From contig NC_043023.1 in NCBI RefSeq assembly GCF_006345805.1, positions 15,252,001 through 15,316,000 of the forward strand: a stretch of DNA of 64,000 nucleotides, read 5' to 3'. Shown here one piece after another: positions 39,182 to 51,107 of the stretch (position 1 is the stretch's first letter; each line of letters starts with the position of its first letter). Source of the stretch: Octopus sinensis (taxonomy: Eukaryota). Under the pieces are notes generated by a model. The model was given only the letters and a program-made list of their open reading frames with translations. It did not search any database and was not told where the DNA came from. Position numbers and translations under genes: made by a program.

Positions 39182-39928
39182 GTCCTGTCGCTTCCTCGTC
39201 TCTGCTCGAACTGTCCCTTCGTCGATGACCACACGTGCGTCCTGCTTGACCTCTTCCGCCTCCTGCGACCCATGGGCTAGGCTTACACCGTAAACGGGTG
39301 GTGTGCGTATTCTTTACCCCCGCCCTCTTCCATTGCACAACTAAGTTACTGGAATATAAACAAACCAAAAATGGTTTTCGAACACTGATGCCTGCATCTT
39401 TCCCCCTATCCTCATCCAACATCACTCTGATACGCTGTATTCGTTTCTTTCCGTCCCTGTAACTTACGGGTTCGACGACAGAACAGCGTAAAAGTAGCAA
39501 TCGACTGGAAAATAAGCTTTAGTTTTGTAACTTTTGCCATCATTTGGATTTTTTTTCTTACAATTCAAAATTCTAAATAGTAATTATAGCAATAATAAAA
39601 CATAAAAAATTTACCAACTCAGTTTTATCATCCGACAAATGTGTAGTAATACGAGGTATACAACATCAAGATTTTTAGTTCGTTTCGTTGACTTTCCATG
39701 CCGACTTTTAGAGTGTCTTTATACTATATTCCCGTTAATTGCTCTTTTCTGTAATTAACATTAATTCACATTAATCTAATTATCGTAACATATGATCTAT
39801 TTATCAAAACAGGTAAGATGTAATATATATTTTATTTTTTAGCAGAAGCCGATTAACCTGGCTAATTCGAAACTCCAAACAAAAGTAAAAAGTTTTAAAA
39901 GTTGCTAGTTTGACATCGATGTTAATTC

Positions 39929-40046
39929 GGTTAAACTAAAGGAAATTTAGAAGCCATCCATGGCCAACCACATTGGGTTGTTTTACACCTATTACACACA
40001 TTTTTTTTTTTTGTTTCTTTGAGTGGTGTAACGCTTTAGTTTAACC
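39929..40046. mobile_element. 118-bp Merlin mini-element
   Basis: Perfect 13-bp TIR GGTTAAACTAAAG; its right end matches 40736-40770. Confidence 0.8.
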
Positions 40047-40735
40047 CCTCCACCTTCAGATATTATGGGAAATGTTAAACTACAAAACGGTGGACAATAA
40101 TATTCTACTATCTTCAGAAACGTGGCAAGTCACTGTTGTTTAGCCCATGGTCACCCCTGACTGAGCAGACCTCTTAATGAAATTCGCTTGTGTTCCCGAC
40201 TGTCCTGACTTTTAGAATACATCAAACATAAACACAACTATAATTTAAACACCAACCCACCACGACTTTTCCTTCTGTAACCTTATTAATAATATAAATC
40301 TTTTAAAGAAATTCTGCATTCACATGTGTTGAAGGTCTGGATCATAAATACGTTTGTGTATTCGTTTCTTTTCAAGTTTAAGCCATTTGCTGATTCTGTC
40401 TACGAAAAGGTGTATCTTGTTTTATCATCGCGGTACCACTGGCCTCATGTTGCAGTCAGCTATTTATGTTTTATTAGATTGCAGATTATTCACAGGAGCA
40501 AAAATCAGACATAATTAACGTGGATTATTTCGACAGGAACAGCAAATATAGATGTTTAGCAAATAATACCTCTATGATAAATCAATAGACGGCTTTGAAT
40601 CGACACAGTCAGCAAATGGAATATCTACTGTAATAAAAAAAAAGCTAAAAATTTGGTGCTTTTTCATGGCCATGCCAAGTAAAATCCAAATTTTCTTGGC
40701 TTAATTAAAGACATTTATTGGCGAATAGAATTAAC

Positions 40736-41700
40736 GGTTAAACTAAAGCGTTACACCATTCAAAGAAACAAGAAAAAATATGAACGAATATGAAAAAAAA
40801 ATGCGCGCACGCGAAAGGGGAGTGGGGGAGAGGCCTCGGAAAATTCACATCGGGAATTTCCGAAAGCGTCTGAGGGGCTGACCCGGGCACCAAAACAAAA
40901 AAAAATAGTGTAATATGTGTAAAACAACTTGCTCTAAACGAATATGACAAAAAAAATGCGCCCTCGCGAAAGAGGGGTGGGGGAGAAGCCTCGGAAAATT
41001 TACATCGGGAATTTCCGAAACCGTCTGACCCGGGCACAAAAACAAAAATAGCGTAATAGGTGTAAAACAACTTGCTCTAAACGAATATGATAAAAAAAAA
41101 TACGCGCTCGCGAAAGGGGGGGTGGGGGAGAGGCTTCGGAAATTTCACATCTTCAGTCCACGGCCTTTAAACTAAGAAAAAATAGTGTAATTGGTGTAAA
41201 ACTACTTGTTCTAAACGAGTATCAAGAACACACACTCACACATGAATCATAAACTCCGTATTTTTGTACATATTTCGCAAAAAAAAAAAAAAAGAAAAGA
41301 AATTCTGGAAAAAGTGAAGAAATGTTGGATCTCCACCATATGAATCAAAATACGTGTCAGAAACATCTTGAAATACTACAGAAATTATGTTACGAAAATG
41401 ATAATGTTTACATACCTCTTTGAGTGGTCCATCGACAGTGATGATAAAGAAATGAGATGGGTTGGAGGAAAAAATTATCTCGGGCCAGGATAAAGACTTG
41501 CTGCTGCCAATAAGAATACGTGTTTTCTCTTGGCAGCAGGTTTGATGCTTTCCATAAATAGGAACTTGGAGAGGTATTGCTTTAAGTAACAGGCACGAAT
41601 GCCTGGGCGAACAACTGATCTCTTAACTGACCCCCACAATCTCTCTATCGTTTGTGTGTGCACTGACGCATTTGTCGGATCAACAAAATTTTCACTGTGG
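40736..41700 (-). mobile_element. Truncated Merlin (IS1595-like) DNA transposon: terminus, ~140-150-bp subterminal tandem repeats, transposase C-terminal fragment
   Basis: Minus strand 41475-41700 reads NHSENFVDPTNASVHTQTIERLWGSVKR, the Merlin/IS1595 DDE motif; GG terminus at 40736. Confidence 0.85.
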
Positions 41701-42413
41701 TTGATGCCTTATAACTTAACACACTCATCGGTAAAATTTTGCAGTTATTTCTTACTTATTTGCTTTTTTCCTAAAATTTTATTTGCGTCTTGCAACCTTT
41801 TCAATAGTTTTGACTCTGTCCGTTATTTACACTGCTTTTCCTTTTGTTTGTTTCGGTGCCTTGAAACTAAACTAGAGAAAGTATTAGATTTATGACTCAG
41901 GTCATTATAGACGAAAGTAATGTCTTGTGTCATGAGTATCATTTTAAAGTGTAATTTATTCGGGTAAAAGTTTATATCCACAGTTTATCATTATGAAAAT
42001 GTAGTTATAATTTTTATTGTTAAACCTTTGCTTTTTAAGTCTTTCCTATATCTTCTACTGTTTCTGTGTCATTTCAGATACTCATATAAAGGAGTTTTAC
42101 GTGAGATACATCATGAATATTGATCATGTTTTGAAAACGAATGTCAGCCGTTATAAATAATAGATAATAACTCTGTTTATATAATATATCTATGGTGAAT
42201 AACGGTGAAATATTTCTTCTGAATTGATAGCAACATTTGTTTTCCTCATTGCCAGGAATATTTACAAAAGTATTTCACATTCAGTTTGAATGTGAGAAAA
42301 TCTGGAAAGGTGTTTGTATCATTTTCAGATATTCAAGATCAGATTTGCTGTAGAAGATATATATAAAGAAGAAGGGGAAAATATATTTTCTGTCTGTATA
42401 CTATAGAACAATA

Positions 42414-44204
42414 ATGAATAGTCTGGAGATGTTAAAAGAAATAGAAAAGTTATCAGACCAATGTGATATCTGTAAAAAGACTTTTTCTAATAAGGGAAAT
42501 CTCACTGTTCACAAATGTATTGATCCAGGTGGAAAGAAATATTACTGTGATATTTGTGGTAAATCATTCTCTCGAAAAAGTCACCTTACTCATCACAAAT
42601 ACACTCATACTGGAGAGAAACCACATCACTGTGATATCTGTGGTAAATCATTCTCTAAAAAATATAACCTTACTAAACACAAATCCATTCATACAGGAGA
42701 GAAACCATATCAATGTCGTATTTGCGGTAAATCATTCTCTCATAGAAGTTCCCTTGATTCTCACAAACACATTCATACAGGAGAGAAACCACATCACTGC
42801 GCTATTTGTGGTAAATCATTCTCTCAAAAAAGTAGCCTTTATTCTCACAAATACATTCATACAGGTGAGAAACCATATCGGTGTGATATTTGTGGTAAAT
42901 CATTCTCTCAAAGAAGTCGCCTTACTTCTCACAATTCCGTTCATACTGGAGAGAAACCATATCAGTGTGATATCTGTGGTAAATCATTTTCATCAAAAAG
43001 TCACCTTACTAGACACAAATACATTCATACAGGAGAGAAACGATATCACTGTGATAAATCATTCTCTTACTTGAGCACTTTAAATTCTCATAAATCCATT
43101 CATACAGGAGAGAAACCATATCACTGTGATAAATCTTTTTCATCAAAAGGTCATTTAACTACTCACGAACTCACTCATGCTCATAAGAGGCCATATCCCT
43201 GTGATATTTGTGGTAAATCATTCACTCAAAGGGGAGGCCTTACTTATCACAAATACACTCATACAGGAGAGAAACCATATAAATGTGATATTTGTGGTAA
43301 ATCATTCTCTCAAAAAGGTCACCTTACTTATCACAAATCAGTTCATACAGGTGAGAAACAATATCAGTGTGATATCTGTGATAAATCTTTTTCATCAAAA
43401 AGTCATTTAACTACTCACAAACGTAGACATACACGTGAGAAGCCACATCACTGTGATATTTGTGGTAAATTATTCTCTCAAAAATGTAACCTTACTACTC
43501 ACAAATCAGTTCATACAGATGAGAAACCATATCAGTGTGATATCTGTGATAAATCCTTTTCATCAAAAAGTCATTTAACTACTCACGAACTCACTCATGC
43601 TCATGAGAGGTTATATCCCTGTGATATTTGTGGTAAATCGTTCATTCGAAGGAGAGGCCTTACTTATCACAAATACACTCATACAGGAGAGAAACCATAT
43701 AAATGTGATATTTGTGGTAAATCATTCTCTCAAAAAGGTCACCTTACTTATCACAAATCAGTTCATACAGGTGAGAAACCATATCAGTGTGATATCTGTG
43801 ATAAATCCTTTTCATCAAAAAGTCATTTAACTACTCACGAACTCACTCATGCTCATGAGAGGCCATATCCCTGTGATATTTGTGGTAAATCATTCACTCA
43901 AAGGAGAGGCCTTACTTATCACAAATGCACTCATACAGGAGAGAAACCATATAAATGTGATATTTGTGGTAAATCATTCTCTCAAAAAGGTCACCTTACA
44001 TATCACAAATCAGTTCATACAGGTGAGAAACCATATCAGTGTGATATCTGTGATAAATCCTTTTCATTAAAAAGTTATTTAACTACTCACAAACTCACTC
44101 ATGCTCATGAGAGGCCATATCAGTGTGATATCTGTGGTAAATCATTCTCTCAAAAAAGGTACTTAAATGGACACAAATGCATTAATACAGGGGACAAACC
44201 ATAG
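42414..44204 (+). CDS. C2H2 zinc-finger protein G, 596 aa, 21 finger units (four degenerate)
   Basis: Uninterrupted ORF; closest paralog of E; predicted intron 39813-42077. Confidence 0.9.
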   Translation: MNSLEMLKEIEKLSDQCDICKKTFSNKGNLTVHKCIDPGGKKYYCDICGKSFSRKSHLTHHKYTHTGEKPHHCDICGKSFSKKYNLTKHKSIHTGEKPYQCRICGKSFSHRSSLDSHKHIHTGEKPHHCAICGKSFSQKSSLYSHKYIHTGEKPYRCDICGKSFSQRSRLTSHNSVHTGEKPYQCDICGKSFSSKSHLTRHKYIHTGEKRYHCDKSFSYLSTLNSHKSIHTGEKPYHCDKSFSSKGHLTTHELTHAHKRPYPCDICGKSFTQRGGLTYHKYTHTGEKPYKCDICGKSFSQKGHLTYHKSVHTGEKQYQCDICDKSFSSKSHLTTHKRRHTREKPHHCDICGKLFSQKCNLTTHKSVHTDEKPYQCDICDKSFSSKSHLTTHELTHAHERLYPCDICGKSFIRRRGLTYHKYTHTGEKPYKCDICGKSFSQKGHLTYHKSVHTGEKPYQCDICDKSFSSKSHLTTHELTHAHERPYPCDICGKSFTQRRGLTYHKCTHTGEKPYKCDICGKSFSQKGHLTYHKSVHTGEKPYQCDICDKSFSLKSYLTTHKLTHAHERPYQCDICGKSFSQKRYLNGHKCINTGDKP

Positions 44205-45146
44205 CACTGTAGTATCTGCAGTAAATTATTCCGTTTAAGAAATTATTTAATTAATTACAAGTCTGCTCATACTGGAGAGAAACTATGTGACTGATGTCTG
44301 CAGCAAATCATTCTATTGTGAATATGCTGTATATACTTATAAACGTATTCATACAGGAGAGAAACTCTATTGCTGTGATACCTGAGGTAAATCATTCTCT
44401 GTGGAACAATATTGAACTCATCACAAATCCATTCATACAGGAGAGAAATCCTATCACTGTGACATCTGTGACAAGTCATTCTTTCATAGAGAGAAATAAT
44501 AAACTAAACACAAACATATTCATACAGGAGAAGATTCTTATGACTGTGTAATCTGTGCTAAATCATTCTCTCAATAATCTACCTTAACTAAACATATACT
44601 TATTCATATTGATCAATAACAATATCAATGATAAAACAGATGTCCTGCTGAATAAAATACTGCAAATGTATTACTTTTTACAAAATAAATTCATTTTTCA
44701 CATTTTCCTCATTTGCATCAACTCACTAATTACGATTTGTGTTTTTTATTCAAACAATATTGATTATATTAATTTGCTCTGTTTTCTTGAGGATATATTA
44801 TTTTGACACAAATGTATTACACTCCATTTCCCAGCCATGATCAGTTATCCTCTGCTGGACACACTCAGGGATCCCAGGATCTGCACCCTTTGTGCTACTG
44901 CCCACATATTCTGGCACTAGCTGGAGGCTTATTGCTGTTTGTCACAGTTTTGGGTGTAGAGTGGGAAATATTTTTCAAAAGCCTAATGCCCCACTCTACC
45001 TATGGTTCAAGTACATCCCTGCTCAACCCCTGCAATGGATGATACTTATTTTTTGCTAAATCATTCTGTAGAGCAGGTTTTCATGGTCTTGTTCTTACCA
45101 GACACCAAGCAGGGATTTATGATGGGCATCTGGTTAGAATGGCACC

Positions 45147-46200
45147 TGTTGTGATGAGAGTTACCATGTCCCCTTATGAGAGATAGATTGGTTCGAGTAA
45201 AGTATAAATAGTTACAATCTGAGTGGGTTTACGGTTCAGAGTCAAGTGAAGTCGGAAGGTGTCGCTTGGTTTACTTCCTAAGGAATATTGAATGTTGGTT
45301 CGTAAAAGATTTGTTAGTTCATTAGATTGTTGTTACAATTTTCTGGTTATCTTATTTATTGTACGGAACAATTATGTTACAACATCTGGCGATGAGGGTT
45401 TCGAAGCTCTTGCAGTTCAGTTAACAAATTTTTGTGACACAAAATTGTTAAATCATGGAAGACTAATTAGCTTCTATAAAACTGTTGCAAAATCAACGAC
45501 AAAGGCAGCAACAACAACAATTATTGGAGCTTTATTCAAAGAAGTCCAAAAATGAGGGAAGTACACTTTTGCCAGACGACGTTTTGGACTCTATGATTTC
45601 AGTTATAACCCAGAGGACGGTATAACTGTTGCATTGTACTACAGCGGGTAATTTTTAAGGATGATTGTAAGACATGGTCAGATACAGAAAAAGTAAGGTT
45701 ATTATGACATAAATGAGCCCCATCTGAGTATGAACATTACTTTAATTTCATATTACCCGAAAAAACTCAATGAAATTTGTTTTAAAGAAACAATAGAATT
45801 ACTGTCTAACATATTTGGTGATAAAACTTCTCTAACACTTGGATGGTGTTTTGGAATATAATGAAAAAAGAGGATGGTGATTTTATCACATACGCAGGAA
45901 CAATTGACAGGATGTGTGAATATTTTTAAACTCAAAGAATTTACACCTGAGATGTTCAGGTGTCTTATTTTTGTACAAGGCCTTACAACAACTGAATATA
46001 CAGAAATTCACACTGCAGAACTAAATTCTGAAGATCAACCATTAAAAATCCTAGAGGGCTCTCAACAGAAACAAAATTCGACTCCCAAATGAGAAAATTT
46101 GTACACGTAAAAATGATTGGAATAAATATTAAACTTCAGTTCGATACTGGATGTGATATTTCAATAATAAATATGGATACATGGAAGAAAATAGGGGAAC
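45147..46200 (+). mobile_element. Gypsy relic paralog: LTR 45147-45384, PBS, gag, protease
   Basis: TGTTG..CAACA LTR, TGGCGATGAGG, and RKFVHVKMIGINIKLQFDTGCDISIINMDTWKKIG. Confidence 0.85.
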
Positions 46201-46204
46201 CTAT

Positions 46205-46560
46205 CTATTTTACATGTTTCAGTCATTTGACAGTGGCCATGCTGGAGCACCGCCTTTAGTCGAGCAAATAGACCCAGGACTTATTCTATTGGTCTCTTTT
46301 GCTGAACTGCTAAGTTATGGTGGACGTAAACACACCAGCATCGATTGTCAAGTGATGTTTGGGGGACAAACATATACACACACACACATATATACGATGG
46401 ACTTCTTTCAGTTTCTGTCTACCAAATCCACTCACAAGGCTTTGGTCATCTGAGGCTATAGTAGAAAAAACTAGTAGAAAAGTCCAAAGTGCTACACAAT
46501 GAGACTGAAATGGGACCATGTGGTTGGTAAGCAAGCTACTTACCACACAGCCACTCCCAC
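46205..46560 (-). mobile_element. CORE-type SINE
   Basis: Same family and insertion position as 28460-28855. Confidence 0.75.
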
Positions 46561-47623
46561 GCCTATATGTACACATTACACAAGATACTGTTTGCTTATT
46601 TCTCTGTTGTCTGTATTAAAGAAATATTTTCAAATTATTTCACTTTAATAGAATTTATTATTTCTTTAGCTTGTATTAAATAATTCTGTCCTCATAACCC
46701 ATTAAAATAATTGCATTATCTTTTTAACTTATCTCTCTGCTTTTATATATTATGTTGGGTGTGTAGGCACGTATAAATATATATATATAGAGAGATTTTA
46801 AGTGTCCCGTATATATGATTTTCTAATTTCGCAACCCTATCCAAATGTGTCCCTTATGAGCCTATACAATTGATGATACAGCATAGAATTCACACTTGAT
46901 CAATGTTTGATAAAAGTTACACATTTCTCCAAACTGATCTATAATAAATGTTTGTTTTGAAGTTATATAATTTGTTGATATTATTTAATATACTTAATAT
47001 ACTTGGTGTTAGATGCTAAGATACAGTGATGAGAGATAAACGAAGGGATAAGTTTGTTCATTAAATGCTAATGATGGTGGTTATCTAGTGAATATGCGAT
47101 GGAGCCATTGAGTAGATGGTAACCATGTGAGAGCAGGAGTGTGAAGGAAATATATTTCCCAGTCACTGATGAAATGTTAAAATAAGACAATGGTAGGAAA
47201 TTCTCAAGAGAGCTGAACAGTGGAAGGTCTTCGGAGAGGAAACCCTACTCAGGCAAGATCCAGAGGTAATGCGTTGACATAAGGTTAATTGAAGGAAAAG
47301 CTTGTAACATCAGATGAACATATTTTGCAACCACGTCTCAAAGCAAAATAAGGCGAACACATGCACTTGCGGGTATGTATGTGTATGACCTGAGTCAATG
47401 CATGTCTAGGAGTCAGGAGTCAACGCAAGGGTGGCACAAAATTAGAATGCTCTGCTTTCTATAAGGGATAAACCAGAAGTCCCTGACTGCTATGTCATCC
47501 GGAAGTTTATAGGAAGCTTCTAAAATATTCAAGAAGGTCGAGGGAGATTACTCCTGTTAAATCCCATTTTCATTTTGCTTTCCTGTCTGACTACCAGGGG
47601 TCACTCAGGTTTTAGTTATACAA

Positions 47624-47822
47624 GGCGGTGAGCTGGCAGAAACGTTAGCACGCTGGGCGAAATGCGTAGCCGTATTTCATCTGCCGTAATCTTCTGAGTT
47701 CAAATTCCGCCGAGGTCGACTTTGCCTTCCATCCTTTCGGGGTCGATATAACGGACTTAACCCGTGCGTCTGTCCTTGTTTGTCCTCTCTGTGTTTAGCC
47801 CCTTGTGGGTAATAAAGAAATA
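47624..47822 (+). mobile_element. tRNA-SINE with full head, internal deletion and ~10-bp TSD
   Basis: GGCGGTGAGCTGGCAGAA (A box) and GAGTTCAAATTCC (B box); tail GCCCCTTGTGGGTAATAAAGAAAT; AGTTATACAA on both sides. Confidence 0.85.
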
Positions 47823-48239
47823 AGTTATACAAGATTCCCTTGATTCTGTCGAGAATGATGAAAATTTGTGTGGGCCTCTGAGCAGGTATTGCCCTGATTT
47901 AGGCAAAATCTGATGTAGATTCTCTGCTCAATGTGACAATCACACGCTACATACCTTCCTTCCAAGCATTGCTGCAAACAGCAGAAGAGAGCTAGAATGT
48001 TAACACTTAGTGTGAATGCACAGCAAAGTTTAGAGTCAATCTTTCCCAAGTGGCTTCACTCTGTGTATCCTAGCTCCGTTGCTATAGCAACAGTCTGCAT
48101 GTATGTACGTACGTATGTATATATGTATACCATTGTTCAGTTTTATTTCAAAATTTCTTGCCAATAGAGAAAGAGCCAATTTCTAACCTAAATCCAAGGA
48201 TCCTTCATTGGAATTTCACCATCAACAACAGAGTATGTA

Positions 48240-49125
48240 GGTCTTTTCGGTTTGAACAGCAGTTTTTATCATAATTTCTAGGTGACTAAACACTTTTTCT
48301 CCTGGCTTTATTGAGAAAATTCTACGGTTTGTAAGATATTTGTTGTCTTTTTTCTTCAATTTCAAGCAATCAATGACGTCTATTGAGGTGAAAACATTGT
48401 GCCGTATGAATATGTCCCTCGTTTAAGAAACAGATTGGGTTTATTTACATTTGTCAAGAAAAAAAGGTACCCTTCCCCCCACCCTAAACGAGATTGAAAT
48501 GCAATGGATCGATACTAGGGTCATAATTATGGGTGACAATTTCATATGACACCGCTAGAAAAACTGCCATTCAAACCGAAAAGATCCAATACATTTCTAA
48601 ATATCTCATAGAGATTTATGCAGTAGTGGTACGATAAAGATACCCTTCCCCCACCCCTAGCCCAAATAGATTGTAATGCAAAGATCGATACTAGGGTTAT
48701 AATTATGGGTGACATTTTCATGACACCGCGACAAAAAAAATCCCATTTTCTGTAGCAGTGTCGTATGAAATTGTCACCCACAATTATAACCTTAGTATCG
48801 ATCTTTGCATTTCAATCTATTTTAGGGTTAGGGGTGGGGGAAGGGTACCTTTTTTTTCTTTGCAAATGCAAATAAACCCACTCTGTTTCTTAAACAAGGG
48901 ACATATTCATACAGCACGGTATGTTTTGACTCCAGATGGACGTATTTGATTGGTTAAAATTGCCGAAATGCTCGATTTTAAAGTGGAAATATGTTACAAA
49001 CTATAGAATTTTCTCAATAAAGCCAAGAAAAAATGATGTTTTATAAACACATTCTACCAGTATACGAAGTTTAAAAGAGTTTAGTTAACTAGAAATTGTG
49101 TTGACATATGCCATTCAAAAGGAAA
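48240..49125. mobile_element. Rearranged foldback-family pieces (48240-48586 and ~48640-49125)
   Basis: Arms homologous to 2900-3682, separated by a non-element snippet. Confidence 0.75.
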
Positions 49126-49452
49126 AGCTCTGCACAAACTTGTACGAAGTACAGACATCTGCGTGTTAACATACATCTCAGGAAAAACAGCCTTCTCATA
49201 TTCAATAAGCTTGGTGGCACCCTGGTAGTACATATCATTGTGGAAAACGTAAAACCACCCATAATTGTTATATATATATTAATTACCAGAGTGACTCACG
49301 ACTTGACTGGTTATAGACGCCTAGTACTATTTACGTGAAGTGGTCCCGCTGCACGCCATCACGCTAGCTAGTTGTGACTAGTCGATCCTACGACTACCTA
49401 GCGCGAGTGCACGTATGCAAATTAATAGATGCGTACATGCGCAAAGCACGTA

Positions 49453-49964
49453 CTGTAAGTCTTCGAGTATAATCCACATTTCCCCACCAAAATTTAAAGG
49501 TCAAAATCCCAGGTGTGGATTATATACGAGGTTAAAATGAAAAATATTTTCTAAGCAACGTCCGAGTCTCTCTTTGCTGTCCGGCAATGTTTATTCAGAC
49601 GCAATTTGTGATGTCGGGCGTGAAAATACCTTAAGCTAAGCCTGAAAGCAATGAAGTCATAAAAGAATCATCCATAACTTGCAGTAAGCAACATTTATTA
49701 AACGTTATTACTGTTATTTCTTTATTTTCTGCAAACAAAATACACAAAAAAGCTACACGTTTGCATTATGTTATATATACAATAATAATAAAGGATGTTA
49801 CCATATACATTTTTACAAACCAAGGATGTTATATAGACCTCCTTGACTCAGGTTAGAGAAGGGGTGCATATTATATACAAGATTTAGGTTTTTCAGAGGT
49901 ACAGCCCCATAAAAATTACCCTGCGTATTATACTCAAGGGCGGACTATACTCGAGGATTTATGG
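49453..49964. mobile_element. Tc2/pogo-like MITE with TA TSD
   Basis: TA|CTGTAAGTCTTCGAGTATAATCC and GGACTATACTCGAGGATTTATGG|TA. Confidence 0.75.
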
Positions 49965-50039
49965 TATGTATTTAAAGGCTGTATATCAAATAATCTTTTT
50001 TTTTTAAACAAGGTAAATAATTTTTTCACACAAAGTAAA

Positions 50040-50158
50040 TAATTATCAACTAATTAGGGAGAAAGTCAGTTTAGATGAGATGCAGTTTGGGTTCATGCCA
50101 GGGGAAAGCACCACTGATGCTATATATTTCTGGTAAGACAGATGCAGGAGAAATACCT
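50040..50158 (+). mobile_element. RTE RT fragment
   Basis: KVSLDEMQFGFMPGESTTDAI motif. Confidence 0.75.
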
Positions 50159-50827
50159 GATCTTTTTCTTTTGAACGGCGGTTTTCAACACAATTTCTAG
50201 TTAATTAAACACTTTTAAACTTCGTATACTGGTAGAATGTGTCAAAATAAAACATTTTTTTCTCTTGGCTTTCTTTAGAAAATTGCAATTTGTAAGTTTA
50301 ACGTAGTTGAATTTTTCGAAATTTAACCAATCAATGGCCTCTATTGAGCTAAAATCATTTACTGCGTCTAAAACTGAGACAACATCACCCTAACCCTAAC
50401 CCTAAATTTTAGCCTTTCGTTTTTTTTTCTTAATTGTTAAATTAATTTAAGGATAATAATTAAGAAAAAAAAATGAAAGGCTAAAACAAAAGAAAAAAAC
50501 TCAACTAAAAAACAAAACGAATAATTTTAGACACACGTGTAACAATAAAAAACAAACAAACTGAAAGGCTAAAATTTAGGGTTAGGGTTAGTGACAGGAT
50601 GCTGTCTTAGTTTTAGACGCAGCAAATGATTTTAGCTCAATAGAGGGCATAGGATTGGTTAAAATTCGAAAAATTAAACTACATTAAACTTATAAATTAC
50701 AATTGTCTCAAGAAAGCCAAGAGAAAGAAACGTTTTCTTTTCACGCATTCTACCAGTATACAAAGTTTAAAAGTGTTTAATTAACTAGAAATTGTGTTGA
50801 AAAGTGCCGTTCAAGAGGAAAAGATCC
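50159..50827. mobile_element. Foldback element (second subfamily) just 3' of gene H
   Basis: ~260-bp inverted arms with GATCTTTT termini; inverted duplicate begins at 63766. Confidence 0.85.
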
Positions 50828-50939
50828 GACTTAGAATGATTTACTGCAGATATTACAGTGCTATGGTTTCTCTCCTGTATGAATGTTTTTATGAGAGGTT
50901 AAAGAGCGCAAGCAAGACAATGATTTACCACAAATATCA

Positions 50940-51107
<168 letters not shown>

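Noticed and set aside
36990-39330. Empty target of the half-Tx1 element as a coding exon or structured RNA
   Set aside because: Rejoined flanks give only short frames with no recognisable motif; a GAG|GTAAGG donor-like site alone is insufficient.
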